A DNA stretch of 64,000 nt from Wickerhamiella versatilis (taxonomy: Eukaryota), in contig JAQOWU010000008.1 of the NCBI GenBank assembly GCA_030867685.1, positions 124,001 to 188,000 on the forward strand. Reading direction: 5' to 3'. The notes beneath the pieces are model-generated. The model made no database searches and was not told where the DNA came from. It worked only from the letters and a program-made list of their open reading frames with translations. The position numbers and the translations under genes are program-made. Of this stretch, positions 33,305-44,402 are shown piece by piece; position 1 is the first letter of the stretch; every line of letters begins with the position of its first letter.

Positions 33305-35611
33305 TCAGTACCCCGAGGGTTTCGAAACAGGCCCCGTAAGGTTAGGACATCCTTTAGCATCGCAACCCTTCTTATGGATCTCAGTTCCCCACCATTTATA
33401 GTGTTCTGATCCTCCAGTATAGACAACTGCGAAGTATATAACAATTGCCGCAACAGCAACTCCACAATCTAATGCAAAAGAGGTTACCAAATTGTACTTA
33501 CGCCACCAAGGGTTGAAATATTTGTGTATCATGAAATTGAAGATGAAAGCTACGACAAACCAAGTCGTATAGTTATATCCAGTAACCGACGGAATGTTTT
33601 CTGCACCAGCGAAAAAAAGAACCGGGTCAAATTTAGACACGAAAGACCTCGGCTTGAGCTTAGCAAGAGTAAACTGGGCAATTGCTACCAGTGGACCGGC
33701 GAGGAAAAACCACAAAATCCATTTATAGCGCCCACCAGGTGCAAAGAAATGGCTGCCAAACAAACCCCAAATACCATGAGTATTGAAAGCTGTCACTACC
33801 TTCCTGCAGGTCATATTGTTTTTGGCTTTGCTAGTGCAAATATCTGAATCAAAATGGTTTAGGATATAGCCTGTGACTGATGGCGAGACGCAAGAAGACC
33901 AGAGCCCGGCAACTAGCAAAATTACCATATACTCACGAGGCTTAATTCTCAGGTAATGACCAACCTTCGCACCTTGAGTCATGTGCATCGCATGCTGAAT
34001 GATACCCAAACCAAAGCTATAGAAATATAAAAGCTTTAGCGGCTGGCCTGGATACCAGTTGGCACTGATAATATAAAAAAATGATGTCATCGGAATCATA
34101 GTATTTGCACGGGCTTCAACGAGCGATAGAGGAGCATATAGAATACAAGCAATCACAACTGCAACAGTGAATCCTCCAGCATCAAGAGGTGCATCATTCC
34201 AGCCTTCAGTAAATGAAAAGCCGAATGCGAGCCCTATCACAAGAGGGATAATATATATCCACCATCCATATACCTTAAAGTTTGTATTATTGAAGTAGTC
34301 ATTCTGTGACCCGCGAGCTCGCCAAGGGTCAATTACGTCCCCTTTGAAGCGCAGGATGAAATGAATCACCATCGAAGAAAAAGCGCCCAGATTCAGACTT
34401 AGCTGCATCAAGAAAGCAATTGGCAACATCGCAGGGGAGTATTTCTGGAATTTTTCGTTATCAAGTTTCCAATTTTTATCAGCCACTTTTTCAAACTGAT
34501 ATTTCTTTCCGTCCACAGTGAATATTTTGTTGGTCATGATAGGAAAGTGACCTGTTTGCCAGTGATTGGTGTAATAAAGACCAACCATGACAATATAAAT
34601 CCAGAATATGAAAGATATAAAAATATTCAATACAACCCAGAATGGCGTGGTGAGTGGATTATTTATAGACGTAATGTTTGTCCAGTCTAATGTCAGTGGA
34701 AAAATTCCCAGGCCGGTGGTAACACCAAATGCCTGGGACAGTGAAGCACTCTCCGGGCGAATCCAGCTTATCCATGCACCAAGCGGACCTAGAAAAGGTA
34801 GAATGAAATCAGGAAACCAATACCATACGAAAGAAGCAAGCAATACAATGACCAAGTAAACCCATCGATGCATTTTCCACCCATTCGCTACATGGTTCTC
34901 CCTAGAGTAGATGACTTTGAATAAAGAAATAGTACTAAGTACACCAGGCCAGATTCGATCAACTGGTGTCACAAGTACTGGTCTGAAAAAACCAACAAGA
35001 GCAATTGAAATTAGATAACAGGACATGTTGAACAATATCTGTCGAGGTATTCCTGTATTTACCTTGAAAAACTTGAAATCCTCGATGACAAGGTTGTTCA
35101 CTAAACCAGCACTATTGATGACATTTGTGAAAATGAAGATCGAAGCATGCTCCTTGTAGTTAAACGGTCCTGGGTTGAGGCTGATACGATGACCACGGGG
35201 TAGAGGAATATGCCAATTTGGAACAATCGAGGCAAGTAGCACGCCACAGGGGTAAGTTACTATCAGTACCACGGATGTGGATATAGCTATAGTGGGGAAC
35301 CTCATGTTGAAAAAGGAATCTACCCCTGCAACTACTGTTCCAAACGTAAATGCCAGAAGTGTCGAGCGTATAGTTATGGCAGGCATATCATCGTCCCCTT
35401 CATCACCAGGCAAGATCTCGTTGATGTCAAGCTGGCTAAACTCCCCATCTTTAGATGTGCTTTCGTTTGAAAATCTTGAATAGACGGAGGTAGAGTCGCA
35501 TCCGTCGGTGCTTTTTGCATTTGACTTCTCATCATCGTTCCATGGATCATCCATGGGACCAAGTCCATCTGCTTTGTTTCGGTCAAACATGACGCGGCGT
35601 GATGCTACCAT
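33305..35611 (-). CDS. OPT-family oligopeptide/glutathione transporter
   Basis: LNPGPFNYKEH motif, KVGHYLRI and WWRKYN, with many TMs. The start codon is uncertain (35611 or 35590). Confidence 0.92.
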   Translation of the reverse strand: MVASRRVMFDRNKADGLGPMDDPWNDDEKSNAKSTDGCDSTSVYSRFSNESTSKDGEFSQLDINEILPGDEGDDDMPAITIRSTLLAFTFGTVVAGVDSFFNMRFPTIAISTSVVLIVTYPCGVLLASIVPNWHIPLPRGHRISLNPGPFNYKEHASIFIFTNVINSAGLVNNLVIEDFKFFKVNTGIPRQILFNMSCYLISIALVGFFRPVLVTPVDRIWPGVLSTISLFKVIYSRENHVANGWKMHRWVYLVIVLLASFVWYWFPDFILPFLGPLGAWISWIRPESASLSQAFGVTTGLGIFPLTLDWTNITSINNPLTTPFWVVLNIFISFIFWIYIVMVGLYYTNHWQTGHFPIMTNKIFTVDGKKYQFEKVADKNWKLDNEKFQKYSPAMLPIAFLMQLSLNLGAFSSMVIHFILRFKGDVIDPWRARGSQNDYFNNTNFKVYGWWIYIIPLVIGLAFGFSFTEGWNDAPLDAGGFTVAVVIACILYAPLSLVEARANTMIPMTSFFYIISANWYPGQPLKLLYFYSFGLGIIQHAMHMTQGAKVGHYLRIKPREYMVILLVAGLWSSCVSPSVTGYILNHFDSDICTSKAKNNMTCRKVVTAFNTHGIWGLFGSHFFAPGGRYKWILWFFLAGPLVAIAQFTLAKLKPRSFVSKFDPVLFFAGAENIPSVTGYNYTTWFVVAFIFNFMIHKYFNPWWRKYNLVTSFALDCGVAVAAIVIYFAVVYTGGSEHYKWWGTEIHKKGCDAKGCPNLTGPVSKPSGY

Positions 35612-36585
35612 GACTCGGCTAATGGACAAAGGCAACGAAAGTTGATGAATCAGATAATAAGCTTAAGCCGATGTTAGGTTTTTGGTGTTTCAGAGCTCCG
35701 TCCTACTCGGTTAGCCGATCTTAAACCAAGGAGAAGGCCAAAATTTCGTTGGAGATACCCAACACCTACTTCAACTATTTTTTTAGACGATCCTTGTACT
35801 TTTTTTTTAAAGTGAAGGCATTCGCTGGCCTTCGATCTTGATTTAATAGATACCGATGGCGTGACGACGGTCTTAGGAAAATTAGTCAGTTTATAAGAAC
35901 CGTTCGGGTTAATTTGCCAGACACGAGCTATCTCACATGTGATCGGATGGATCGGATGGCGCTATAAAAAAGCACCCACATTTGCTAGATAACATCACAA
36001 CTATCGTTTAAGAGAAATTCTGACTGGAAGTTGTTACTACAGGTCTTACACCTGTTTACTTGCTTAAATAAGAGAGATCATGGGCACACATTACTCCCTG
36101 GATTTAATTTGACTAGTTGTATTCACTCACAAAGTAGATGGATTATCTACGAATATTTTGTTTTATGTGCCATGGAGGTATCCTGTACTTGGTGGTCGCA
36201 CCTATCGGAAAAATTTATTATACGCCCTACCCTAACCTGTAAATGCTGGACACCTCCATGAAGCTAGTGAAATGTGATACATCGTCTAAATTATTTGGGT
36301 ATAAACAAATATAAACACTGATTTCTTATCGCATGAGAAATATGATATCGGATAGATCTATCGAAGAAAGTACCTAATAAACTAGAATACTTCATCAATT
36401 GAAAATTCTCTATCCCTGCAATGAATATCTGTGACACCGAGGCAAATGAACCCTGTATAAACGAGATGGAAATAAGTTATTATGTTGTGAGAAGGCAATC
36501 ACTGTACTAGTAGTTCGACCCGTTGAAACTCACTAAATAATTCCAATGGTGAATGCCAGTGAGCGATATCACTTTCAGATAGCCT

Positions 36586-37284
36586 CTAGTTCCGCGTTTC
36601 GCAAAAACCATCACCACAATCTACAGTATTAGATTTCACCTGGTTCTGTCTTGGTTCATTTTCATCAGAATGGTCTTGTAAAACATGAACAAACTCATCG
36701 ACTTCCCGTGCTCCTGATATAGCTGACCGGCCATTAATCACAAAGTATGGCACACCGCGAATCCCCAATCTCGTTGCCTGTTGCTCATCTTCCCGTACCT
36801 GTGTGCTGAACAAGTCACTATTCAACACATGATCCACTTCGTCGGAAGCTAATCCCACTTCGATTGCTAGTGAACGTAAGACTTCACAATTTCCAATTTC
36901 TAGTCCCTCAGTAAAATATGCTCTCAAAAATCGTTCCTGAACCAAATCTCCGAGTAATTTCTGTTTTCCTAGATGAATTAGACGATGTGCATCAAATGTA
37001 TTTCCAGGCTTGGCGATTCGCCATTGAAAGTCCAATCCCATACGAACAGCTTCCTCTTCTTCATGGCGAAGTACACCATGAGCCTGGACTGATGACATGC
37101 CATACATAGTTCCAAGCAATTCGGGAAGGGAGATCCCATAGGTTCGGGGAGATGAGGGGTTCAACTCGAAGCTGTGCCACTCAATTTGTGCCTTCAGCCC
37201 AGTTTTGCTCAACGCCACCTCAAGCTTGCGCTTACCAATGTAGCAGAAAGGACAGATAACGTCTGACCATATGTCTATCTTCAT
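36586..37284 (-). CDS. DsbA-family (FrnE-like) thiol-disulfide oxidoreductase, bacterial-type
   Basis: MKIDIWSDVICPFCYIGKR, SFELNP, NTFDAHRL, cis-Pro GVPYF and a C-terminal CGDGFC dithiol. Confidence 0.92.
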   Translation of the reverse strand: MKIDIWSDVICPFCYIGKRKLEVALSKTGLKAQIEWHSFELNPSSPRTYGISLPELLGTMYGMSSVQAHGVLRHEEEEAVRMGLDFQWRIAKPGNTFDAHRLIHLGKQKLLGDLVQERFLRAYFTEGLEIGNCEVLRSLAIEVGLASDEVDHVLNSDLFSTQVREDEQQATRLGIRGVPYFVINGRSAISGAREVDEFVHVLQDHSDENEPRQNQVKSNTVDCGDGFCETRN

Positions 37285-37345
37285 TTTAACAATAGGTGCC
37301 TAAATTGCGCTCTTCATGGTACACATATATATGTAGTACTTTTCG

Positions 37346-37460
37346 ATGAATAATATTATGTCATAATGAATAATATTTCTCACAATGAATAATATTACTT
37401 TCCACTCTAATGCACGTGACTCGATATTTTTAGCGGCTCAATTCCGAGATGAGTAATATT
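37346..37460. repeat. Promoter repeat ATGAATAATATT x3 plus one variant, upstream of the DsbA-like gene
   Basis: Exact copies start at 37346, 37366 and 37385; the variant atgagtaatatt starts at 37449. Confidence 0.85.
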
Positions 37461-38124
37461 ATATCAACTAATAATCTCGTTGGCGAATCGGATAATTTTT
37501 CCTTTATCGCCTGATAACATCAAAGTTAGAAAATAGCGGCTTTCTTTATCAAAGAGGTTTATAAAGGCATTAACTCTAGGCCGATGAATATTGCAGTGTC
37601 AACTAGATCGCTGGTACACATTTATTCCTGGTCCAGGTCGTCTCGCGGACTGCTTGTATAAGTTTAGATGAGGTATAAGTACAAGGGAATTTATTGTTTG
37701 AACTAAGTGATCTGTTTATGACAAGAAGCAGCACCTGTTCAATTTTTCTTTTTACAAAAAAAGAACTAAAGTACCACTCGGATTACGTGTAACCAACAAA
37801 GCTAATACTATGAATATCTTTGCAAAAAGCTAGATGATTCAGTTTTTCACAGACTTTGGTTTGCAGAAGCTGCATATTTCAATGATATATTTGCTAATCT
37901 GGTCATCGACTGACTTTCCAGATTAAGTCTAGATAGAAGAACCTAGAGTTCACATACAACGCTGGGACATGGGCCTAAGAAATTGTTGAAGACTAAACAT
38001 TGCACTAAAGCTGAATTAGGCCAACGATGTTGTGAAAGAAGAGCTTTTTCATGCAAACGAACCGATTTGGACACGCAAGGTTAAGTCATGACACCTCAAA
38101 TAAACTTATATGAAAGCAATAAGA

Positions 38125-39849
38125 TTATAATGCACCTGCTGTTCTTGAGAGGGTTCTCATTGGCGTAGCGCCATTCTCGCCAGAGAAATTGGTGGCAATA
38201 CGAGTGGCGGGGTCAGCAGTCATCTCGACCATAAGATCGTCACGGTCAATGCCCGGTCCTTCAGCAAATTTCGACATCGATCGGATCTTGTCACCCCAAA
38301 TGTAAAATGCGAAAGGTACCGGTGATAATAGGACTGCCAAGCATCCGAGTAAAGTACCCGCCCATTGAATGCCAAGATTATGAAACATCGCCGCGGTAAA
38401 CAAAGGAAATGCTGCGGCCATTCCTGATCGCAAAAATGTATTTGCAGAAACCGCAGATGCGGCCAAAAGCAAATAAGTGTCAATGACGTAGATAAGACCA
38501 GCTTGGAAGATACCTATAATAGCCGAGCCCACGAATGCTAGGCCGACAAAGGGCACCATGAAGTGGACACGGTATTCGGCCGACCAGCAGGTTAAAAAGA
38601 GACCTATAGGCAGGAAAAACCCGTTTATCATCATCGGTAGAAGCCGTGTCTCCGGACAGACCTCCAATCCAGTGCGTGCCAAGAGCTTAGCTTGGATACC
38701 TTCAAGAATGAACAATTGAGCGCATACCATGATAAGGCACCCAGAAAACATGGCCAGGAATGGCAAATATGTGTTTCCGCGAGCGTTCCCTTTCAGCTCA
38801 AGCCAACCATAATGCTCCCCAAATATGATAGGAATGGAGACATTAAGCATATACAAAATCGAGTACACAAACCCCATATATATGCTGATGAGCAGAAGGA
38901 TAGGCTCCACTGCCAAAAGTCTCATGGGCTTCAATATAGTTCGCTCGACAATATTCATAGTATCCAGTTCCATATTCTCAAGTGGAGCGCTAATAGCCCA
39001 GTTACCTGTTTCGTGACGTAGTTTGACGGCACGGAACTTTAGATGAGCCTGAGGGTATGTTTCTATTCCAATGAAAATTTGCATTACGAGTCCTAAGCAG
39101 CCCATGAATGCAGAGATATACATGGTCCACCGCCAGCCCAAATCAAAGGCAACATAACCGTTCACTGCTGGGGCGATCATGGGACCGCACATGAGAACAA
39201 GGATTACAAAACTAATTGCTTTACCTCTCTCTGAAGTGGTAAAGATGTCAGCACTGATAGCGGGACCAACGACGAGCACAGTTGTTCCGAAGGCTCCCAT
39301 GAAGAAGCGACATATCATTAGGGTTTGGATATCCTTCGCAGTGGCACATGCAAAGGCGAAGACACAAAATCCGAATATCCCTACTATCAACGGCGGCTGG
39401 CGACCGAACATCTCAGAGGCTGGACCCCAGACAATAGGGCCTAATGCGAACCCGAGGACATAAAGGGAGAGAGCTAGTGTTGCTGGTACACCTCCTACAT
39501 GGAAACGGTTTTCTATACCATTATCCGATTCCATTCCGGGGGAGATCGCGGAAGAACCCCAGCAGATAATGGCAATGTTAATGGTAGCGATACCTTTAGC
39601 GACAACACGTTTCCACATGGGCCAATTGATAGGCCTCTCGGGGTCATCCTCAGCAAACGTCACTAGATAATCTTCCTGATCACCAGGAATTAGTGGCATA
39701 GGCTTTCCGGGCACCACCGAATACTTGCTTAATGGCTGAGTTTCTTCTTCATTATTCTCGGAAGATTCACTGCTTGCTTGAGCATCAGAGTTTAACGGTC
39801 TAATAGGCTCTTCACGGTCCATTGATGCATGTTCATCTATAGCCTGCAT
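38125..39849 (-). CDS. MFS drug:H+ antiporter, DHA1 family (Tpo1/Flu1/Mdr1-like)
   Basis: DPERPINWP, GPIVWGPASEMFGR, CRFFMG, GWRW and PETRL motifs with about 12 TMs. First ATG at 39849. Confidence 0.92.
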   Translation of the reverse strand: MQAIDEHASMDREEPIRPLNSDAQASSESSENNEEETQPLSKYSVVPGKPMPLIPGDQEDYLVTFAEDDPERPINWPMWKRVVAKGIATINIAIICWGSSAISPGMESDNGIENRFHVGGVPATLALSLYVLGFALGPIVWGPASEMFGRQPPLIVGIFGFCVFAFACATAKDIQTLMICRFFMGAFGTTVLVVGPAISADIFTTSERGKAISFVILVLMCGPMIAPAVNGYVAFDLGWRWTMYISAFMGCLGLVMQIFIGIETYPQAHLKFRAVKLRHETGNWAISAPLENMELDTMNIVERTILKPMRLLAVEPILLLISIYMGFVYSILYMLNVSIPIIFGEHYGWLELKGNARGNTYLPFLAMFSGCLIMVCAQLFILEGIQAKLLARTGLEVCPETRLLPMMINGFFLPIGLFLTCWSAEYRVHFMVPFVGLAFVGSAIIGIFQAGLIYVIDTYLLLAASAVSANTFLRSGMAAAFPLFTAAMFHNLGIQWAGTLLGCLAVLLSPVPFAFYIWGDKIRSMSKFAEGPGIDRDDLMVEMTADPATRIATNFSGENGATPMRTLSRTAGAL

Positions 39850-40939
39850 AGAGGATAGTAATGAATGAAAAACAAAAGTGACTAATATTTGTTTTCCGAT
39901 TTTGTCTTGCTTGGATTTGTAATGTTTTATAGAAGGAAACTCCGATATCAGCACTTGCAACGTGTAATTTAAAAAAGTACTCGATTTCCAGGAGAGGTAT
40001 AATGAAAAGACACATTGTGCTGACAGCTAAAAAAGTACCTCTTTCTCGGATACATTATACGGCCAATCGTATTTTCCAGGACATTTCAAGTTCAGATTAA
40101 GAATGTATGTTTTTTCCATATCGTATATTAATTAGTAGAAAAAAACAATATGTGAAATTCTCATTCCCAGGGGTCTATGGAGCCAATATCACCGATCCGG
40201 GGAACTTATTCGATCATTGATTACAGATAGATGACAAACTGTTTGGACGGCCATTTACATTTTTTCGGGCATGTCCGACGATCTCGACTGCTGTATACTG
40301 CTTGGTTATCCTTTGCGGGTATTAGCTCAGATACACTAGTTTAAAGCCTTGCGCCTTGTGATTAGCGTCCATAAGCCCAGTAGGGATGAAATCACTACTC
40401 TCCACAAATAGCGCAAAACTATAGATAGAGATGCATCACAGTTAAATTACAATCCTGGATGTAAGTTGTCGCTTCTGCACAAGTCACTTCATATGTCGTT
40501 TCCGCGCTCCAAACTGGGTGTAATCTCTATCCCGACCTCCTTCGAACTTAGTGCTGGGAGATGTCCTACTATATCGATGTGCCCACCTTCCCACTGGCAC
40601 TGTGGCGTCGTATTTATTTCGTGGTCTCTTCGGCCTACCGAAATGTCCTAACCCGCAAGGCGGAGAATGCACGAGGGATTATCAATCACGCTGTCACCAA
40701 TCAAGGTGCTTAAGCTACCGTATGCATATTCCACCTTGTGCACCTCACGATTAGCAGAGGTAATTTACTCGTATAAATCGTATTTCAAATTCATGAAGAC
40801 TATATTTCAAGTCTCTACAAATGGCAGGGGCCGAGCTGATCGACACGTTAGTTGTTAGTGACGATGACGATGACAAACATAATGTAATAGAGATATACCA
40901 TTTAAGCGGAACTACCCGAATATAGCGTAAGGTTTCCTT

Positions 40940-41668
40940 ATGACAGATCTGAAAGGAAAGGTGGCACTTATTACAGGTGCGTCTAGTGGTATCGGCGTGG
41001 CAGCCGCGCAGGCATTGATTAAAGAGGGTGTATCAGTCGTGCTTGTGGCTCGCCGAAGAGACCGTCTCCAATCGTTGAGCCAGCAGCTTGGAAATCATGC
41101 CATACCAATCGCTTGTGATGTTGCTGATATTGAAGGTGCCAAGAAAGTATTCGACGTCATTCAATCTCGTTTTGGCGGACTCGACATTTTGTTTAACAAT
41201 GCAGGAGTAGGCATCGCGAGCCCGTTTGCAGAAAGCACTCCCGAGCAATGGCGGAGTCAAATTGATGCGAACATTTTTGGCATATTAAACTACACACATG
41301 GAGCAATTCCTCTTTTGAAGGGGCGCGAGGGTGCGTCAATTATCAACGTTTCCAGTGTCGCTGGATCAAGATCTTTTGAAAATTGGGCAGTATATACCGC
41401 CACAAAGTTCGCGGTAAAAGGGTTCACTGACACCCTAAGAAAAGAGCTGGCGCCAGAACGAATCAGGGTATCTTCGATCAACCCTGGTCATGTTTACACA
41501 GAGTGGGGGTTCAACGTTCCTACTGAAACGTTACGCGAATTCAGAGATTCGCTTGAAGCTTTGCATGCAGATGATATTGCCAGGGCATTGATCTATGTTG
41601 CTAAGCAGCCACCATCTGTGGTTGTGAATGATCTAGAAATTCGACCAACTCTTCAGGCCCAGCCTTGA
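40940..41668 (+). CDS. Short-chain dehydrogenase/reductase (YdfG-like subgroup), bacterial-type
   Basis: TGASSGIG, ARRRDRL, NNAG, YTATK and a C-terminal QP..VVNDLEIRPT. Confidence 0.92.
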   Translation: MTDLKGKVALITGASSGIGVAAAQALIKEGVSVVLVARRRDRLQSLSQQLGNHAIPIACDVADIEGAKKVFDVIQSRFGGLDILFNNAGVGIASPFAESTPEQWRSQIDANIFGILNYTHGAIPLLKGREGASIINVSSVAGSRSFENWAVYTATKFAVKGFTDTLRKELAPERIRVSSINPGHVYTEWGFNVPTETLREFRDSLEALHADDIARALIYVAKQPPSVVVNDLEIRPTLQAQP

Positions 41669-41760
41669 GCGGACCACTGGTTTGGTATTTGGAAATTGGT
41701 TCATAGGTTTGTGTATATAAAGAATTATTGCTAAATGGACATATGTACATGTGCGTTTCG

Positions 41761-41823
41761 CCCAGGACCCAGGTGTACCCAGGTGTATCATCAGTATTAC
41801 CAATATTACCAATATTACCAATG
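41761..41823. repeat. Short tandem duplications in the SDR-MDR spacer
   Basis: cccaggacccaggtgtacccaggtgta and tattaccaa x3. Confidence 0.8.
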
Positions 41824-41968
41824 TCGCGCGATGGAAGAGGTTTACAGTGCATCGTTATTCATCAGCGTTAACCATTGCAGAGTCGTCGGACATATCAGGG
41901 GATTTTAAGGCCATTTTACATAATATATTCACGGTAGTTACTTCTCTCTCGGGTAGCAAGCAGTAGCC

Positions 41969-42925
41969 ATGAAAGCGGCCATTTATACGCAACCAGGTGA
42001 CCCTTCTGTTTTCGAGGTTCGTGATATTCCTAATCCAGAGGTTGGTGCCAATGACGTACTGATCATTGTGGAGGCAATTAGTATTGAAGGAGGTGATTTG
42101 CTTTCTCGATCTAGAAAACCGCCCTCATCTACGAATTTCGTAGTTGGCTACGCTGCAGCTGGGAAGGTCAAACAAGTGGGAGACGCTGTTTCAAGATTTA
42201 GGCCTGGACAGCGGGTCACCACTTTCAGCTTCTCGGGATCGCATGCAGAGCTTCGTTCGGTCCCAGAAGCCTTTTGCTGGCATGTACCTGACAATCTCGA
42301 TTTGAGCCGAGCTGCATCGATACCTTGCGGCCCGGGGACATCTGAGTATGCACTAGAATTGGGTGGAGTAACCAAAGGTACCCGCGTTCTCATTCTTGGC
42401 GCATCAGGATCTGTAGGAAATGCAGCTGTTCAACTCGCGGCTCAGGAAGGTGCCTATGTTATTGGTACAGGGAGGCATGCCAATAAACTCGAAGACTTGA
42501 AAAAGTACGGATTGTCTGAATGGATAGATACTTCATCTAGAACTGCCAGCAGTCAAATAAAGGAGCTCCTGCATGGCAGCGGTGCTGATGTTGTTATTGA
42601 CAATATTGGCGGTAATGCAACCACTGATGGGCTGAACTCGTTAAGAGATGGTGGGACGGAAGTTCTTGTAGGAGCTTTTGGTGGTGCTAGCTCAATAGAG
42701 ACTGGACACCTTCTTTTTCACCGGTTGAATGTGGTAGGATGCCTTCTGGGAGCTGTTATGGATCACCCAGATAGGTATAATGCCATTTCAAAATTGCTGG
42801 AGAAAGCCAGTAATGGACAATTGGATGTTCCTATTGATTCCACGTTCTCGCTTAGCCATGTCGCCGACGCCCATAGACGCGCAGAATCATCAGGCCGGTT
42901 CGGTAAGGTAATTATCACCCCGTAA
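41969..42925 (+). CDS. NADPH:quinone oxidoreductase-like medium-chain reductase, bacterial-type
   Basis: MKAAIY..PG.P.V, nucleotide-binding ILGASGSVGNAAVQLA and C-terminal FGKVIITP. No catalytic Zn ligands are apparent. Confidence 0.92.
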   Translation: MKAAIYTQPGDPSVFEVRDIPNPEVGANDVLIIVEAISIEGGDLLSRSRKPPSSTNFVVGYAAAGKVKQVGDAVSRFRPGQRVTTFSFSGSHAELRSVPEAFCWHVPDNLDLSRAASIPCGPGTSEYALELGGVTKGTRVLILGASGSVGNAAVQLAAQEGAYVIGTGRHANKLEDLKKYGLSEWIDTSSRTASSQIKELLHGSGADVVIDNIGGNATTDGLNSLRDGGTEVLVGAFGGASSIETGHLLFHRLNVVGCLLGAVMDHPDRYNAISKLLEKASNGQLDVPIDSTFSLSHVADAHRRAESSGRFGKVIITP

Positions 42926-43164
42926 GTTTACTGTTTCAGTCTCCGCAGATGATGTAATGTAATTCGCCCCTGGGTCTAGCAATACCACAAAATCTGAGGA
43001 AAATAGGATTAATTTCTGGGCAATCCTAATATTAAAGCATGTAAAAATTCTAGTAAATTACGATGTGAGCTCGAAAATTGAGCCATGTTGTTGACATAAT
43101 CTATTAACAATCTCTTCAACAGCTTAGTGGGCCTATTACGCATAAGTTGCTCGTTTTCAGCGAC

Positions 43165-44085
43165 ATGACTCCAGTGGCAGAATATGAGATGGTTCATGAT
43201 GGAGTCGAAGACGTCGAAGAGAACAAGAATAGCGAGCACAATACACCTGCATCTCATGAGTCTATCTTGAGAGGAAACTTGTTGTTATTAGGCTCCGAAT
43301 ACTTTTGTGGCTCGATAGTTGCTGTCATTTTAAGAGATATCTCCAAGCATGTACCAGCCGTAAGGAATACAAATGCACTTGTAATTGTGTCTGGCATACT
43401 GCTTTTAGTAGCCGTGCTCGTCATGGCATTTGACACGCTTTACCCACAGAAGCGAGCTATCATAGTTATCTCGTGTATTTTGTTCCCTGCATCCATTGCT
43501 ATAGTGCCGCTGCTTCTAAATGATAGCGATTTCATCGTACTTATGTATGCACTTATCAATGTCTCAAATGTGTGCTATGTCTCTCGTGCGTTACCTCGAT
43601 TCAGCGTGGATCTACTTTTGTGGGGCTGCATGTTAGTTTCGTTCGTTTCGATCGTGCAAACGGGCTTACTTTACGCTGCTCATATTTTAGGAAGATCAAA
43701 GGGACAAATGTTTTTGTCAGTTCTAATATTGCTCTTTCAGGTGCCATTGCTTGTTGTTGTGCTTGTGAAAGCGATATCACCACAAAAGATGCCCTTTTTG
43801 CCTTCTTACCCAAAACTTGTACCTTATTTATCTATGTTCAATGGTTTATTTGCCTCCATGACTTTTTCAAGATTTCTCTCTGATTACACGGATTTCAGCT
43901 TTAAGGTTCCGTTCTTGATATCCCTTGGTTCTGCTATGTTTATCTTTCTCGGGGTATACAAATTTAGCTCTTATCGTGATCAAGGTAGGCCTGATCTAGG
44001 AAGCGCTGAAGCGCTGTTTCTTCTTTTATCTCTTTGTGTGCTTGTGGTTGTTGGTAGTCACTTCGCTACTCCTGCTCTACTTTGA
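43165..44085 (+). CDS. Hypothetical polytopic membrane protein
   Basis: About 9 hydrophobic segments after an acidic N-terminus; no family recognised. Confidence 0.65.
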   Translation: MTPVAEYEMVHDGVEDVEENKNSEHNTPASHESILRGNLLLLGSEYFCGSIVAVILRDISKHVPAVRNTNALVIVSGILLLVAVLVMAFDTLYPQKRAIIVISCILFPASIAIVPLLLNDSDFIVLMYALINVSNVCYVSRALPRFSVDLLLWGCMLVSFVSIVQTGLLYAAHILGRSKGQMFLSVLILLFQVPLLVVVLVKAISPQKMPFLPSYPKLVPYLSMFNGLFASMTFSRFLSDYTDFSFKVPFLISLGSAMFIFLGVYKFSSYRDQGRPDLGSAEALFLLLSLCVLVVVGSHFATPALL

Positions 44086-44402
44086 TCGAATTATTTATAA
44101 ATGAAAGCCTCCCATAGTAAATACAACTCTTCTTACTTTATTTACCAGCTGATGCGCGATTAAATAGCAGCGGGTGATGGACATGCGCTACCCACCCATC
44201 AAAACGCTGGGCTTGTTCAAGGCTTGTTGTGTTACCTTTCCAGCATGAATCACGACGCCCACTCCCAAATCATAAAACTGATTTCTTGCGTTCTTATAAC
44301 GCTTTATGAAGTGGCAGCCTCAATCAAAAAATCAGTAATAAAGCCGCTAAAACAGAAGTTTAGTGTTGAACATATAATAGTATAATGGACGGGTATATCG
44401 AA

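Noticed and set aside
37346..37460. Spaced repeats as a CRISPR-like array
   Set aside because: 12-bp AT-rich units with 7-8 bp gaps, a eukaryotic context and no cas genes.
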